From NCBI GenBank assembly GCA_965202785.1, contig OZ241855.1, positions 608,001-672,000 on the forward strand: 64,000 bases of DNA, written 5' to 3'. Below, in pieces: positions 18,311 through 26,757 of the stretch. A model generated the notes under the pieces. It did not search any database, was not told the origin of the DNA, and saw nothing but the letters and a program-made list of their open reading frames with translations. The stretch is from Thermodesulfobacteriota bacterium. Lineage in GTDB: Bacteria; Desulfobacterota_D; UBA1144; Nemesobacterales; Nemesobacteraceae. How positions within the stretch are numbered: position 1 is the first letter of the stretch; every line of letters starts with the position of its first letter. The translations under genes were made by a program, and so were the position numbers.

Positions 18311-19999
18311 TCAGTCCATCGCCCTCATCATCATTTCCGTGATCACCCGCGTTGCGCCGCTTACCGCGTCAGGGTCGGTTCTCACGTTAAGCACCGCCGG
18401 AAGTCCCGAGGAAGAAGCCCTTTCCAGGCTCGGGGTCAGGTCTTTTATGTTCTCTACCTTCTCCCCGTATCCGCCCATCGCTTTTATTATTTCGTGAAAA
18501 TCGACAAAACCGAGATCCACTCCCTGAGTCACCCCCGCGTCAGGATAGGTTATCTCTATCTGATGCTTGGTCATTCCCCACGCAGAATCGTTGCACACGA
18601 CAACCACAAACGGGATAGAGTGCCTCACCGCGGTTTCCATCTCCATGAAATTCATGGCCACGGCCCCGTCCCCGGTCACGAGCGCCACGGGCTTTTCGGG
18701 AAAAGCGACCTTTGCCCCCAGCGCGAAAGGCACTCCGACGCCCATGCACCCGAGCGGGCCTCCCTTAAGGTAATGCCCCGGCCTTCTCACCTCGGATGAA
18801 AGGTCCGTCCATGATTGGCAGTCTCCCCCGTCAACCGCGATTATCCCTTCTCCCCCGAAGTAGTCCGAAACAGTTCTTGCCACCGTGGCAGGGTGGATTC
18901 CCTTCGATTTGGAAACGGTCCGGCGAAACGCCGCGCGGGCGCGTGACCTTGCGGAGCGGGCCTCCTTCATCCAAGAGCTGAAATCGAATCTTGCCTTGTT
19001 TTCCCGGGCGTAGAGATTCGCCTTTGCGAGAAAGGAATCGAGATCGCAGACGACCCCGAGATCAGCCGGGCGGTTCCTTCCTATTTCCTCCGGGCTAATA
19101 TCCACCTGGACGGTCTTGGCCTTGGGGTTTATTGTCTTTCCGAACCCGGCGTAGATGCTGAGCCTTATGCCGAGAAGGATCACAAGATCCGCATTTGCAC
19201 TTATCTCCCTGAATCCCCCGGGACTTGCAGGTGATGCCGCCCCGAAGCAGCATTTGTGATTGTCGGGGAGAATGCCTCTTCCCATGTTAAGAGTGAAAAC
19301 AGGCGCTCCGAGCCTTTCTGCGAACTCCGAAAGACTCTGCTCGGCGCCCGAGTACCACCCGCCGCTCCCGACAATCACGACGGGTCTTTTCGAGGCGGAA
19401 AGCAGCCGGAAAAACTCCGAGATCTTGCGCTCGGGCGGTTCGCAGTCCGTATCGGGAACGGGAGCCCTCGCGGGCGAAGTCTCTTTTTCATCGCAGCTCG
19501 GATAAAGAACCTCGTAGGACATTCCAAGGTACGCAGGCCCCGGCCTGGCAGAGATCGCGGCCCCGTAGGCAGCCGATACGTACTCCTCGAGCCTCTCGAC
19601 CTCGTAAACCGTCCTCGCCCACTTCGTAACGGGCCTCACGATCGCTTCCTGGTCTATCTCCTGAAGGGACATCCTGTCGTTCTCCTCGATCCCCGAACGT
19701 CCTGAAATCAGCATCATCGGAGAGTTTGCTAGGTAGGAACCCGATATCCCCGTGAGGGCGTTCGTGAGTCCGGGACCCGCCGTCACAAGGCATATCCCCG
19801 GCACTCTTCTGAGTCTCCCGTAGGCATCCGCCGCCATCGCGGCTCCCTGCTCATGATGGGTGTCGACAAGCCTTATGCCAAGGTCCGTACAGGCCTTGTA
19901 AACGGGGTTTATGTGTCCCCCTCCGAGGGTAAATATGTCCCTCACTCCCAGGTCGTAAAGAGCCTTTGAGACCAGATGTCCGCCCTGCAGTCTCGCCAT
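18311..19999 (-). CDS. Thiamine-diphosphate-dependent enzyme (IlvB-like / 2-hydroxyacyl-CoA lyase / benzaldehyde lyase class)
   Basis: HHEQGAAMAADAY, TAGPG and GDG-x24-26-ND ThDP motif; real start ATG 19999. Confidence 0.85.
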   Translation of the reverse strand: MARLQGGHLVSKALYDLGVRDIFTLGGGHINPVYKACTDLGIRLVDTHHEQGAAMAADAYGRLRRVPGICLVTAGPGLTNALTGISGSYLANSPMMLISGRSGIEENDRMSLQEIDQEAIVRPVTKWARTVYEVERLEEYVSAAYGAAISARPGPAYLGMSYEVLYPSCDEKETSPARAPVPDTDCEPPERKISEFFRLLSASKRPVVIVGSGGWYSGAEQSLSEFAERLGAPVFTLNMGRGILPDNHKCCFGAASPASPGGFREISANADLVILLGIRLSIYAGFGKTINPKAKTVQVDISPEEIGRNRPADLGVVCDLDSFLAKANLYARENKARFDFSSWMKEARSARSRARAAFRRTVSKSKGIHPATVARTVSDYFGGEGIIAVDGGDCQSWTDLSSEVRRPGHYLKGGPLGCMGVGVPFALGAKVAFPEKPVALVTGDGAVAMNFMEMETAVRHSIPFVVVVCNDSAWGMTKHQIEITYPDAGVTQGVDLGFVDFHEIIKAMGGYGEKVENIKDLTPSLERASSSGLPAVLNVRTDPDAVSGATRVITEMMMRAMD

Positions 20000-20156
20000 G
20001 AGTGGTTCTCCCGTAATCAAACAAACCATTATTTGGCGGGAAATACAACCCGGGGGGAACAAAAAACTTTCCTTGAGTTCCGCCGGATGATGATTAACGT
20101 GGAATCGGGGAAGGGGTAACGGGGATAAAAAATTCATTTAAACGGAGGTAAAGACA

Positions 20157-20576
20157 ATGAAATACGCAGTAAACCTACTGGAGCCGGCCAACGTCTTTCG
20201 CAACTTCGCAAGCGTCTTTCCGGGGGTTTTTGATTCCGACGCGGCGGAGGGAGGCAGGAGCCCCAAGGTCGACGTTTTCGACGACGGAAACAACTTTGTC
20301 TTGTCGGCGGAATTGCCCGGGGTAGGCAGGGAAGATCTCGACATAGACGTAAAAGACAACCGGCTTACGATAAAGGGAGAAAAAAAGCTTGAGAACAAGA
20401 CCGAGAAGGAAGGATATCTCAGGGTCGAGAGGTCCTACGGGGTGTTTGAGAGAAGTTTTTTCCTTGACGACAACATAGACAGAGAAACCATAAAGGCCGA
20501 GTACGAAGACGGCGTCCTGCGCCTCACCCTGCCGAGAAAGCAGGACGAGCCTTCAAAGAAAATAGAAGTGAACTGA
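20157..20576 (+). CDS. Hsp20/alpha-crystallin small heat-shock protein
   Basis: PKVDV, AELPGV, ERSYGVFERSF and AEYEDGVL. Confidence 0.95.
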   Translation: MKYAVNLLEPANVFRNFASVFPGVFDSDAAEGGRSPKVDVFDDGNNFVLSAELPGVGREDLDIDVKDNRLTIKGEKKLENKTEKEGYLRVERSYGVFERSFFLDDNIDRETIKAEYEDGVLRLTLPRKQDEPSKKIEVN

Positions 20577-20578
20577 TC

Positions 20579-20613
20579 AAAAAAGGGGGAGCGCCAAGCG
20601 ACGCTCCCCCTTT
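20579..20613. terminator. Intrinsic terminator
   Basis: AAAGGGGGAGCG...CGCTCCCCCTTT. Confidence 0.8.
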
Positions 20614-20679
20614 AATCGTCTTCGCTAAAACACCAATCCGCTCTGGAGAGGTGCCTTAGTCAGAAAACATCCCTAAAAA

Positions 20680-21708
20680 CTAAGAACTGCTGCCGTTCCG
20701 TCTGCCCGCTGCACGGTTTCCGAACGATACGGCAAGAAACAGTCCGGACACTATCAACAGCAGGTTAAGAGCATTATTCCGAGGAGTACTGTCGCTTCCC
20801 GCCGCGATTGCACAGCCTCCGCCGCTGACAGAGGTGGGCATCCCAGGTTCCATCTCAGGCTCCATTTCGGGTTCCATCTCAGGCTCCATCTCTTCACCGC
20901 CATCAGCCATTCCATTCCCGTCACATTCTGGCAGGTTGCTGTCCATTTCCGAAGGATAGATGCCGGACCCGAAGATAATGCCCGGAGTAGCGGAGAGCGC
21001 CGGCGCTCCCAAGTACTCAAAGGGGTCTACAACGTAGCTAACTTTCAAAGAGTCCCCAGGGGCTACTGCAGGATCGTTACTGTCTATTTCGTCACCATCT
21101 ACATCCGGGTTTTCCCAGCAATACTTAATAATGCCGTCGTTCATGGGAGTCTCCGCCTCGTTAAGAATTAATTCCCCGACATCCTGTCCGGCCTCGTCCA
21201 CGGCAACCACACGCATCCCCTCAGCAACCTCTGGGTCGTCCCCGTGATAAAGCATGGTTCCTGTATCATCCATAATAAAAAGGTATACGGAACCCGACTT
21301 CCAAGGTCCGTCTTCGTAGCCAAAGACCTCAGCGAATCGTTGCTCAAAATCGCAATAAGGATCTAGATCCGACCTGCCTGTTAGACCGATAAGGTCAAAG
21401 CTACCAATAAGTGGCCTTATTTGATCTGCCGGAGCAGTTGCAAGATCTATTCCGAATCTTTCGAGCGCAGTAGAAATAGTAGCATTTTCACTAAAATCAC
21501 ACTCTCTTATAATAGTATTTATGTAATATTCATCAACCGCCTCTTGTACGAATTGCTTAAGTTCTTCTTCGGTATCTACCTCATCGGCGTGTACAGCGTG
21601 CACAGAAGTCGTAATACCGGAAAAAGCGCCTGCGAGCATAAGCAGACACGAAAAAAGACCTGCAAGGGCCGCTGTCCTAAAGACAGTATTTCGCATTAAT
21701 ATTCTCAT
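20680..21708 (-). CDS. Exported single-Cache-domain protein with C-terminal GGC-type sorting/anchor signal
   Basis: Signal peptide; GSVYLFIMD..G.MLYHG, GIIKYCWENP, KVSYV and IFGSGIY; C-terminus GGGCAI...TM...GRR. Confidence 0.72.
   Translation of the reverse strand: MRILMRNTVFRTAALAGLFSCLLMLAGAFSGITTSVHAVHADEVDTEEELKQFVQEAVDEYYINTIIRECDFSENATISTALERFGIDLATAPADQIRPLIGSFDLIGLTGRSDLDPYCDFEQRFAEVFGYEDGPWKSGSVYLFIMDDTGTMLYHGDDPEVAEGMRVVAVDEAGQDVGELILNEAETPMNDGIIKYCWENPDVDGDEIDSNDPAVAPGDSLKVSYVVDPFEYLGAPALSATPGIIFGSGIYPSEMDSNLPECDGNGMADGGEEMEPEMEPEMEPEMEPGMPTSVSGGGCAIAAGSDSTPRNNALNLLLIVSGLFLAVSFGNRAAGRRNGSSS
20842..20889 (-). repeat. 12-bp tandem repeat x4 encoding an MEPE linker
   Basis: ATGGAGCCTGAG ATGGAACCCGAA ATGGAGCCTGAG ATGGAACCTGGG. 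Confidence 0.9.
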
Positions 21709-21938
21709 TATATCCTCCTTACTGATTTGTTAGGTTTAAGCCCTGAAGAACCCCGATTCTCACCGGGTCGTTAGCGGCATTTATTTTATAAATTAAAACA
21801 AGAAAGCAATAACCCTGTCAAGCACTTTCAGGCCAAAATTCTCAGGCAAAATTAGGTATAACTAGTATTACAGTTTGACATGCGAATCTCCTCGCAACAA
21901 AGAATTTTTCCCGTTAGGCAAGTCACGCAACGACCGAG

Positions 21939-21965
21939 AAAACCGGCGAAGCCGTCGGTTTTTTT
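21939..21965 (+). terminator. Orphan intrinsic terminator (no + strand CDS directly upstream)
   Basis: AAAACCGGCG-AAGC-CGTCGGTTTTTTT. Confidence 0.6.
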
Positions 21966-22088
21966 GTCCCAAGATACCTGTAGGCCGAACATTCTATCAT
22001 CCACCGCCAAGCGACTGATTCAGGAAGTCGGCGAGGCCGGAACGAATCGCTTGTTATGAAGGAAAAACTAAAGTAAATTTCCTTCCGT

Positions 22089-23063
22089 ATGCTGGAGATC
22101 AGTTCTAGCTCTGAAATAAAGCTTGCCGGTACCGATATATACTTCGACTCGAAACGGGCCGTGCCGCTTTCTTTTGTTTCAAGCGCAAACCTGAGCAAAC
22201 TTCCCCGAAGCGAAAAAATCATAGCTACGCCCGAAACGATAAAGCTTCTGGGGAAAAAAATTAAAGGCTCCGCAGTTCTTTCTTCCCCTTACGGAAAACC
22301 TTTCACTCTGGGCAGCTACTCGATTGAGCTCATCCCATCGGGACAGATGCTCGGGGCGGCGCAGGTAGTCGTCGAAAAAGACGGGAAGAGAATCGTTTAC
22401 GCAGGCGGCTTCAAGCTTAAAAATACCGCCACTGCCGGCTACGCGGAACTCAGAAGGTGCGACACGCTGGTCGTAAATTGCGCTTACGGAGCACCGAAGT
22501 TCATTTTCCCGCCGCCCGAAGTAGTAATGGAATCCATATTCGAATTCGTAAACAGGACGCTGTTTGAAGACAGCGTGCCGGTAATTCTGGCAAACCCCAT
22601 GGGAAAAGCGCAGGACCTTATACTTTTCCTCGGGGAGAGAGAAATAGAGATGAGCCTTCATCCGGCAATGGTTAAGACTCTAAGGCTCTATGAGGAACTC
22701 GGGGTGAAGATTCCCCCCTACGGAGGAATAAAAAGAAAGCATTTTAAAAACAAGGTCCTAATAGCCCCTCTTTCCTACAGGGACTCCGCCGTCGTCGAGA
22801 ACCTTCAAAGAAAGAAGGTCGCGGTGATAAGCGGCCGCTCAATGGAAAACGGAACGTTTGTTAGATCGGCTCTACGGGCCGAGGTGGCGTTTCCCTTAAG
22901 CAACCACTTTGGATACGATGAGATCTCAGAGTATCTCGGCGTCTCAAGGCCCGGGAACGTGATCATAAGGGGAAACTTCGGCGACAGCTTCACCGAGGGG
23001 CTCAAGAAGGACGGGTGGAACATAACGGCGTTTAAAAAGCCGCGCCAGCTGGCGCTTTTCTGA
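22089..23063 (+). CDS. Metallo-beta-lactamase/beta-CASP-fold protein related to ligase-associated DNA-damage exonucleases, apparently catalytically dead
   Basis: Fold landmarks IATPET, LG(A/S)AQ, RCDTL, F.FPP, GKAQ and LSNH are present, but HxHxDH, GH, GD and E-S-T motifs are substituted. Confidence 0.75.
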   Translation: MLEISSSSEIKLAGTDIYFDSKRAVPLSFVSSANLSKLPRSEKIIATPETIKLLGKKIKGSAVLSSPYGKPFTLGSYSIELIPSGQMLGAAQVVVEKDGKRIVYAGGFKLKNTATAGYAELRRCDTLVVNCAYGAPKFIFPPPEVVMESIFEFVNRTLFEDSVPVILANPMGKAQDLILFLGEREIEMSLHPAMVKTLRLYEELGVKIPPYGGIKRKHFKNKVLIAPLSYRDSAVVENLQRKKVAVISGRSMENGTFVRSALRAEVAFPLSNHFGYDEISEYLGVSRPGNVIIRGNFGDSFTEGLKKDGWNITAFKKPRQLALF

Positions 23064-23070
23064 GGACGAA

Positions 23071-23490
23071 ATGCCGGTTGAAACGAAATCATTCACGATA
23101 AGCACCCAGGGCGACTGCGACATACTGGACATAACTCCTCACGTGAGCCGGGAGCTCTCCAAGGCTGAGCTGTCTTCGGGCACGGCCACGGTCTTTGTCG
23201 CCGGCTCGACCTGCGCGGTCACGACCATAGAGTACGAAAGCGGGGTGCTCTCAGACCTGAAAGACGCGTTTGAAAGGATGGCGCCGGAGGGCATGCCCTA
23301 CGCGCACAACGCCAGATGGGGCGACGGAAACGGACACTCGCACGTGAGAGCGTCGGTACTCGGACCCTCGCTTACGGTTCCGTTCTCAGAGGGCAGTCCC
23401 CTGCTCGGCACCTGGCAGCAGATAGTGCTCGTTGACTTCGACAACCGCCCCAGGACGAGGAGGGTAATCGTCCAGATTATCGGAGAATGA
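23071..23490 (+). CDS. YjbQ/UPF0047 family protein
   Basis: DIT, GSTCAVTTIEYE, NGHSHVRAS and LGTWQQI..DFD. Confidence 0.93.
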   Translation: MPVETKSFTISTQGDCDILDITPHVSRELSKAELSSGTATVFVAGSTCAVTTIEYESGVLSDLKDAFERMAPEGMPYAHNARWGDGNGHSHVRASVLGPSLTVPFSEGSPLLGTWQQIVLVDFDNRPRTRRVIVQIIGE

Positions 23491-23497
23491 CCGCGCC

Positions 23498-24157
23498 TCA
23501 GACGAACTTGACCGAAAAATGCGTGGGCTTGTACCTTACGTTAAGGTTGACGATAAGGGGAGTAAGCGACTCTATCATCGAGGAAACCTCAAGCGGACCC
23601 GCGTCAAGCACCCTGAGGCTCTTCATTTCCTCGGTAAGATTCTTGATCACCTCTTTAGCTCCCTCGTCATCCCCGCATATGACCACGTCGTAATCGAGAT
23701 CCTCGCTTATGTTGGCAAGTTCCTTCGCGGGAAGGTTGTGATAGGCGGACACTAGCCTCGCCGTCTCGGGAAGCGCTTCCTTTATCTCAAGAGCCGAAGA
23801 ACCCTGGGCGGGGGGATCGAACAGAAAAGTCTTGCCTTCCCTTTTCATGGAAACCACCGGGGTTACGACTATCTGATCCGTGATGCTGTCGCCGCATCCC
23901 GCTACAGTGGCCGCCGCGTACTCGGGAGGAATACTTATTATTATTACCTCGGAAGCCGCCGCGGCATCCGCGTTCGCCATGCCGTGTATGTTCGATTCGA
24001 TTCCGAGACCCTCGAGCGTCTCCGCGTGGCCAGCCGCTATGCCAAGCGCTTTTTCCTCGCTTCTGGAGCCTATGTAGATCTCATGTCCCGCTCTTGACCA
24101 GCGCAGCACCAGACCTTCCGCTATGTCTCCCGTTCCACCTAGAAGTGAAATTTTCAT
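23498..24157 (-). CDS. npdG: NADPH-dependent F420 reductase
   Basis: GGTGD..EGL, IGSRSEEKA, SAYHNL, GDD..AK and DAGPL..S..IESLTPL. Confidence 0.85.
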   Translation of the reverse strand: MKISLLGGTGDIAEGLVLRWSRAGHEIYIGSRSEEKALGIAAGHAETLEGLGIESNIHGMANADAAAASEVIIISIPPEYAAATVAGCGDSITDQIVVTPVVSMKREGKTFLFDPPAQGSSALEIKEALPETARLVSAYHNLPAKELANISEDLDYDVVICGDDEGAKEVIKNLTEEMKSLRVLDAGPLEVSSMIESLTPLIVNLNVRYKPTHFSVKFV

Positions 24158-24276
24158 CTTTGATCTCTCCTTGCGTCAGAATTTTTACAGAACTTCTATC
24201 GTATATGCCTGCGGAGCGTTTTTCAAGCGTCCCGAAACCGTCACCCCGGGAACAGTGGAATCCGGCTTCCAGTCCA

Positions 24277-24576
24277 TCACAGACCGGCGGCCATCTGAAA
24301 AAGAGAGTTGACGACGGCGCGCTTTATAAAAACTATCAGAAGCAGAACCACTATGGGACTTAAGTCTATCGAGCCCCCGATGGGAGGAATGTATCTCCTG
24401 GCAAAGCCCAGAACCGGCTCCGTGGCCGAGTAAAGAAACCTCACTATGGGGTTATACGGGTCGGGGTTCACCCATGAAAGTATCGCCCGTCCCACTATGA
24501 GCCATATGTAAACGCTAAGAAGTATGTCCACCACTTCGGCGATGGCCCTTAAGAAATTGCCTCCTAATATTTCCAT
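24277..24576 (-). CDS. yggT: YggT family membrane protein
   Basis: RAILSWVNPDPYNP, TEPVL and IDLSP; start ATG 24576. Confidence 0.92.
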   Translation of the reverse strand: MEILGGNFLRAIAEVVDILLSVYIWLIVGRAILSWVNPDPYNPIVRFLYSATEPVLGFARRYIPPIGGSIDLSPIVVLLLIVFIKRAVVNSLFQMAAGL

Positions 24577-24577
24577 G

Positions 24578-25393
24578 TCAGTCCTCCTCTCCTGAAAGTT
24601 CCGCGGAGCGTCTGGCCGCGGACTCGATAGCGGATATAACAGCAGCCCGGAAACCGCCCCGCTCAAGTGAATGAATCCCGCTTGCCGTGGTCCCCCCGGG
24701 CGACGTGACCATGTCCTTTATCTCGGCAGGGTGCCCGGCGCCTTCCTGAATCATTTTCGAGGTGCCCAAAACTGTCTGCGCGGCAAGATCCGTTGCAAGC
24801 TTTCTTGGGAGCCCCATCTTAACCGCACCGTCGCAAAGCGCCTCGATGAAAATCGACACAAACGCCGGACCGCTTCCGGAAAGGGCCGTAACGGCATCCA
24901 TGAGACTCTCGCCCTCAACCCGGAAGGCTTTTCCCAGGGAACCCAGGATTTCGAGAACCAGATCTTCTTCCTCACCGGAGAACCCCTCCCCGAAATAAAC
25001 GCAGGATGCCCCCTCAAGCACTAGACTCGGGGTGTTGGGCATAACCCGCGCGAGCTTTATCTCCCTTCCGATAAGCTTTTTTATGGAAGAGTACCCTACC
25101 CCGGCAGCGATCGACACGTAGAGCTTGTTCTTGGTGGCGACGTTTTTCACTTCCCTGCAGACCTCGGGGATTATCTGGGGCTTTACGGAAAAAATAACTA
25201 TATCGGATTTTTTTACCGCCTCCCCGTTATCGGAGGTGGTCGCGACTCCGTACTGCGAGGACAGGTAAGAAAGTCTCTCGGGGTCTACGTCTGAGAGCGT
25301 TACGTCCCTTTTCTTAAAGCTTCCCGAGGCGAGAAGTCCCCTCACCATCGCCTCGGCCATGTTTCCCGCTCCTATGAATGCTGTCTTTTTCAT
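24578..25393 (-). CDS. proC: Pyrroline-5-carboxylate reductase
   Basis: FIGAGNMAEA, RVMPNTP, TALSGSGPA and VTSPGGTT; start ATG 25393. Confidence 0.97.
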   Translation of the reverse strand: MKKTAFIGAGNMAEAMVRGLLASGSFKKRDVTLSDVDPERLSYLSSQYGVATTSDNGEAVKKSDIVIFSVKPQIIPEVCREVKNVATKNKLYVSIAAGVGYSSIKKLIGREIKLARVMPNTPSLVLEGASCVYFGEGFSGEEEDLVLEILGSLGKAFRVEGESLMDAVTALSGSGPAFVSIFIEALCDGAVKMGLPRKLATDLAAQTVLGTSKMIQEGAGHPAEIKDMVTSPGGTTASGIHSLERGGFRAAVISAIESAARRSAELSGEED

Positions 25394-25401
25394 CTTCAAA
25401 C

Positions 25402-26091
25402 TCACTCGGGCCTCGGACCAAAAAGCGCCGAGCCGACCCTGAGAATCGTGGCTCCCTCTTCGATCGCCACCTCGAAATCGCTGCTCATGCCCATTGAAAG
25501 CTCCTGTATTCCGGGAAACTCCCCCGACACCTTCTCCCTCATCTCCCTGAGCTCCGAGAACCATGGCCTGCTCATCTCGGGATCCTCGAAATAAGGGGGC
25601 ATCATCATGAGCCCCTCAAGCGAAACGTTCCGGAATCCGGAAGCGCTTTCGAGAAACTCCTTAAGATCGCTCCCCCTGATCCCGTTTTTGCTGTCCTCCC
25701 CGCCGTTTATCTCAACAAGCGCCCGGACACGGATCCCGGCAGCCGCGGCCCTCTTATCAAGCTCCGCCACCAAGGCCATGTTGTCAACCGCGTGCACAAG
25801 ATCCGCCTTGCCCACAACGTACTTCACCTTGTTTCTCTGCAGGGCCCCGATGAAGTGCCAGCGAAGCGTGCCGGCGGCGGCGCTTCCGGCTTCCCTCTGC
25901 TTGTCGCGAAGCTCCTGGGCGTAATTCTCTCCGAAATCCCGAAGCCCCAGCCGGTTGGCCTCCAGGATCACCGCCAAGGGGAATTTCTTAGAAACCGCTA
26001 CCAGCCGCACATCCTCCCGGTTCCTCCCGGATCTTCGGCACGCCTCTGCGATTCTCCGTTCTACTTCGTCTATGCTATCCTTCAAACTCAT
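25402..26091 (-). CDS. yggS: PLP homeostasis protein YggS
   Basis: LVAVSK, FGENYAQE, WHFIGALQRNK and LSMGMSSDF..AIEEGAT..RVG. Confidence 0.97.
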   Translation of the reverse strand: MSLKDSIDEVERRIAEACRRSGRNREDVRLVAVSKKFPLAVILEANRLGLRDFGENYAQELRDKQREAGSAAAGTLRWHFIGALQRNKVKYVVGKADLVHAVDNMALVAELDKRAAAAGIRVRALVEINGGEDSKNGIRGSDLKEFLESASGFRNVSLEGLMMMPPYFEDPEMSRPWFSELREMREKVSGEFPGIQELSMGMSSDFEVAIEEGATILRVGSALFGPRPE

Positions 26092-26678
26092 CCGGATTCC
26101 ACGACACCTATATCCGAGAGTACTGAAACCAGCTCAAAAAGCGGAAGTCCGACGACACCCGTGTAGGAACCTTTTATCCACTCAACAAGGCACGATCCGA
26201 TCCCCTGAATGGCGTATGCGCCCGCCTTGTCCATTGGCTCTCCGGTCTTAATGTACCGACGCATCCCTTCCGTATCAAGGGACTTCATCCGCACCTCGGT
26301 GCGGGTGGCCCCAAGGTGAAGAACCTCGCCGGGGGGCCTCGCAACGCAGAAGGCCGTTATGACCTCATGGGTTCTTCCGGAGAGTTCTTGCAGCATAAAG
26401 AGCGCGTCTTCTTCGTCGCGGGGCTTGCCGAAAATCTCTCCCGAGACGGACACGACCGTGTCGCTGCCCACGACGATTCGCCCTCGCCGCTCTTGCGCGC
26501 AGACGTAAAGCGCCTTTTCCCTGGCCATGCGCTTTGCGAAATCAAGCGGCGCCTCTCCATCCCAGGCGCTCTCGCGCACCCGCGGCGGAATCACTTCGAA
26601 ATCAAGACCAACACTCGCAAGCAGATCCCGTCTTCTCGGGGAAGAGGAAGCAAGTACGAAGCTTCTGTTCTTAAGCAT
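26088..26678 (-). CDS. maf: Maf family nucleoside triphosphate pyrophosphatase
   Basis: LASSSPRR, GSDTVV, GKP and DKAGAYAIQG; start ATG 26678. Confidence 0.95.
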   Translation of the reverse strand: MLKNRSFVLASSSPRRRDLLASVGLDFEVIPPRVRESAWDGEAPLDFAKRMAREKALYVCAQERRGRIVVGSDTVVSVSGEIFGKPRDEEDALFMLQELSGRTHEVITAFCVARPPGEVLHLGATRTEVRMKSLDTEGMRRYIKTGEPMDKAGAYAIQGIGSCLVEWIKGSYTGVVGLPLFELVSVLSDIGVVESG

Positions 26679-26757
26679 CCAGGAAAGACCCCCCAAGCGG
26701 AAACCCGAAACTTGAAAACGCGTCTTCTGCGTATACAATCATCAACTTCAAGCTCAG

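Noticed and set aside
20000-20137. Long N-terminal extensions in the ORF track (ThDP enzyme; also TonB receptor, proC, maf, PduO, lapA)
   Set aside because: Artefacts of choosing the most upstream start codon; homology and RBS position point to downstream starts.
21880-22059. 59-codon + strand ORF (MRISSQQ...) upstream of the MBL-fold gene
   Set aside because: No RBS, and it reads through a terminator hairpin; treated as non-coding.
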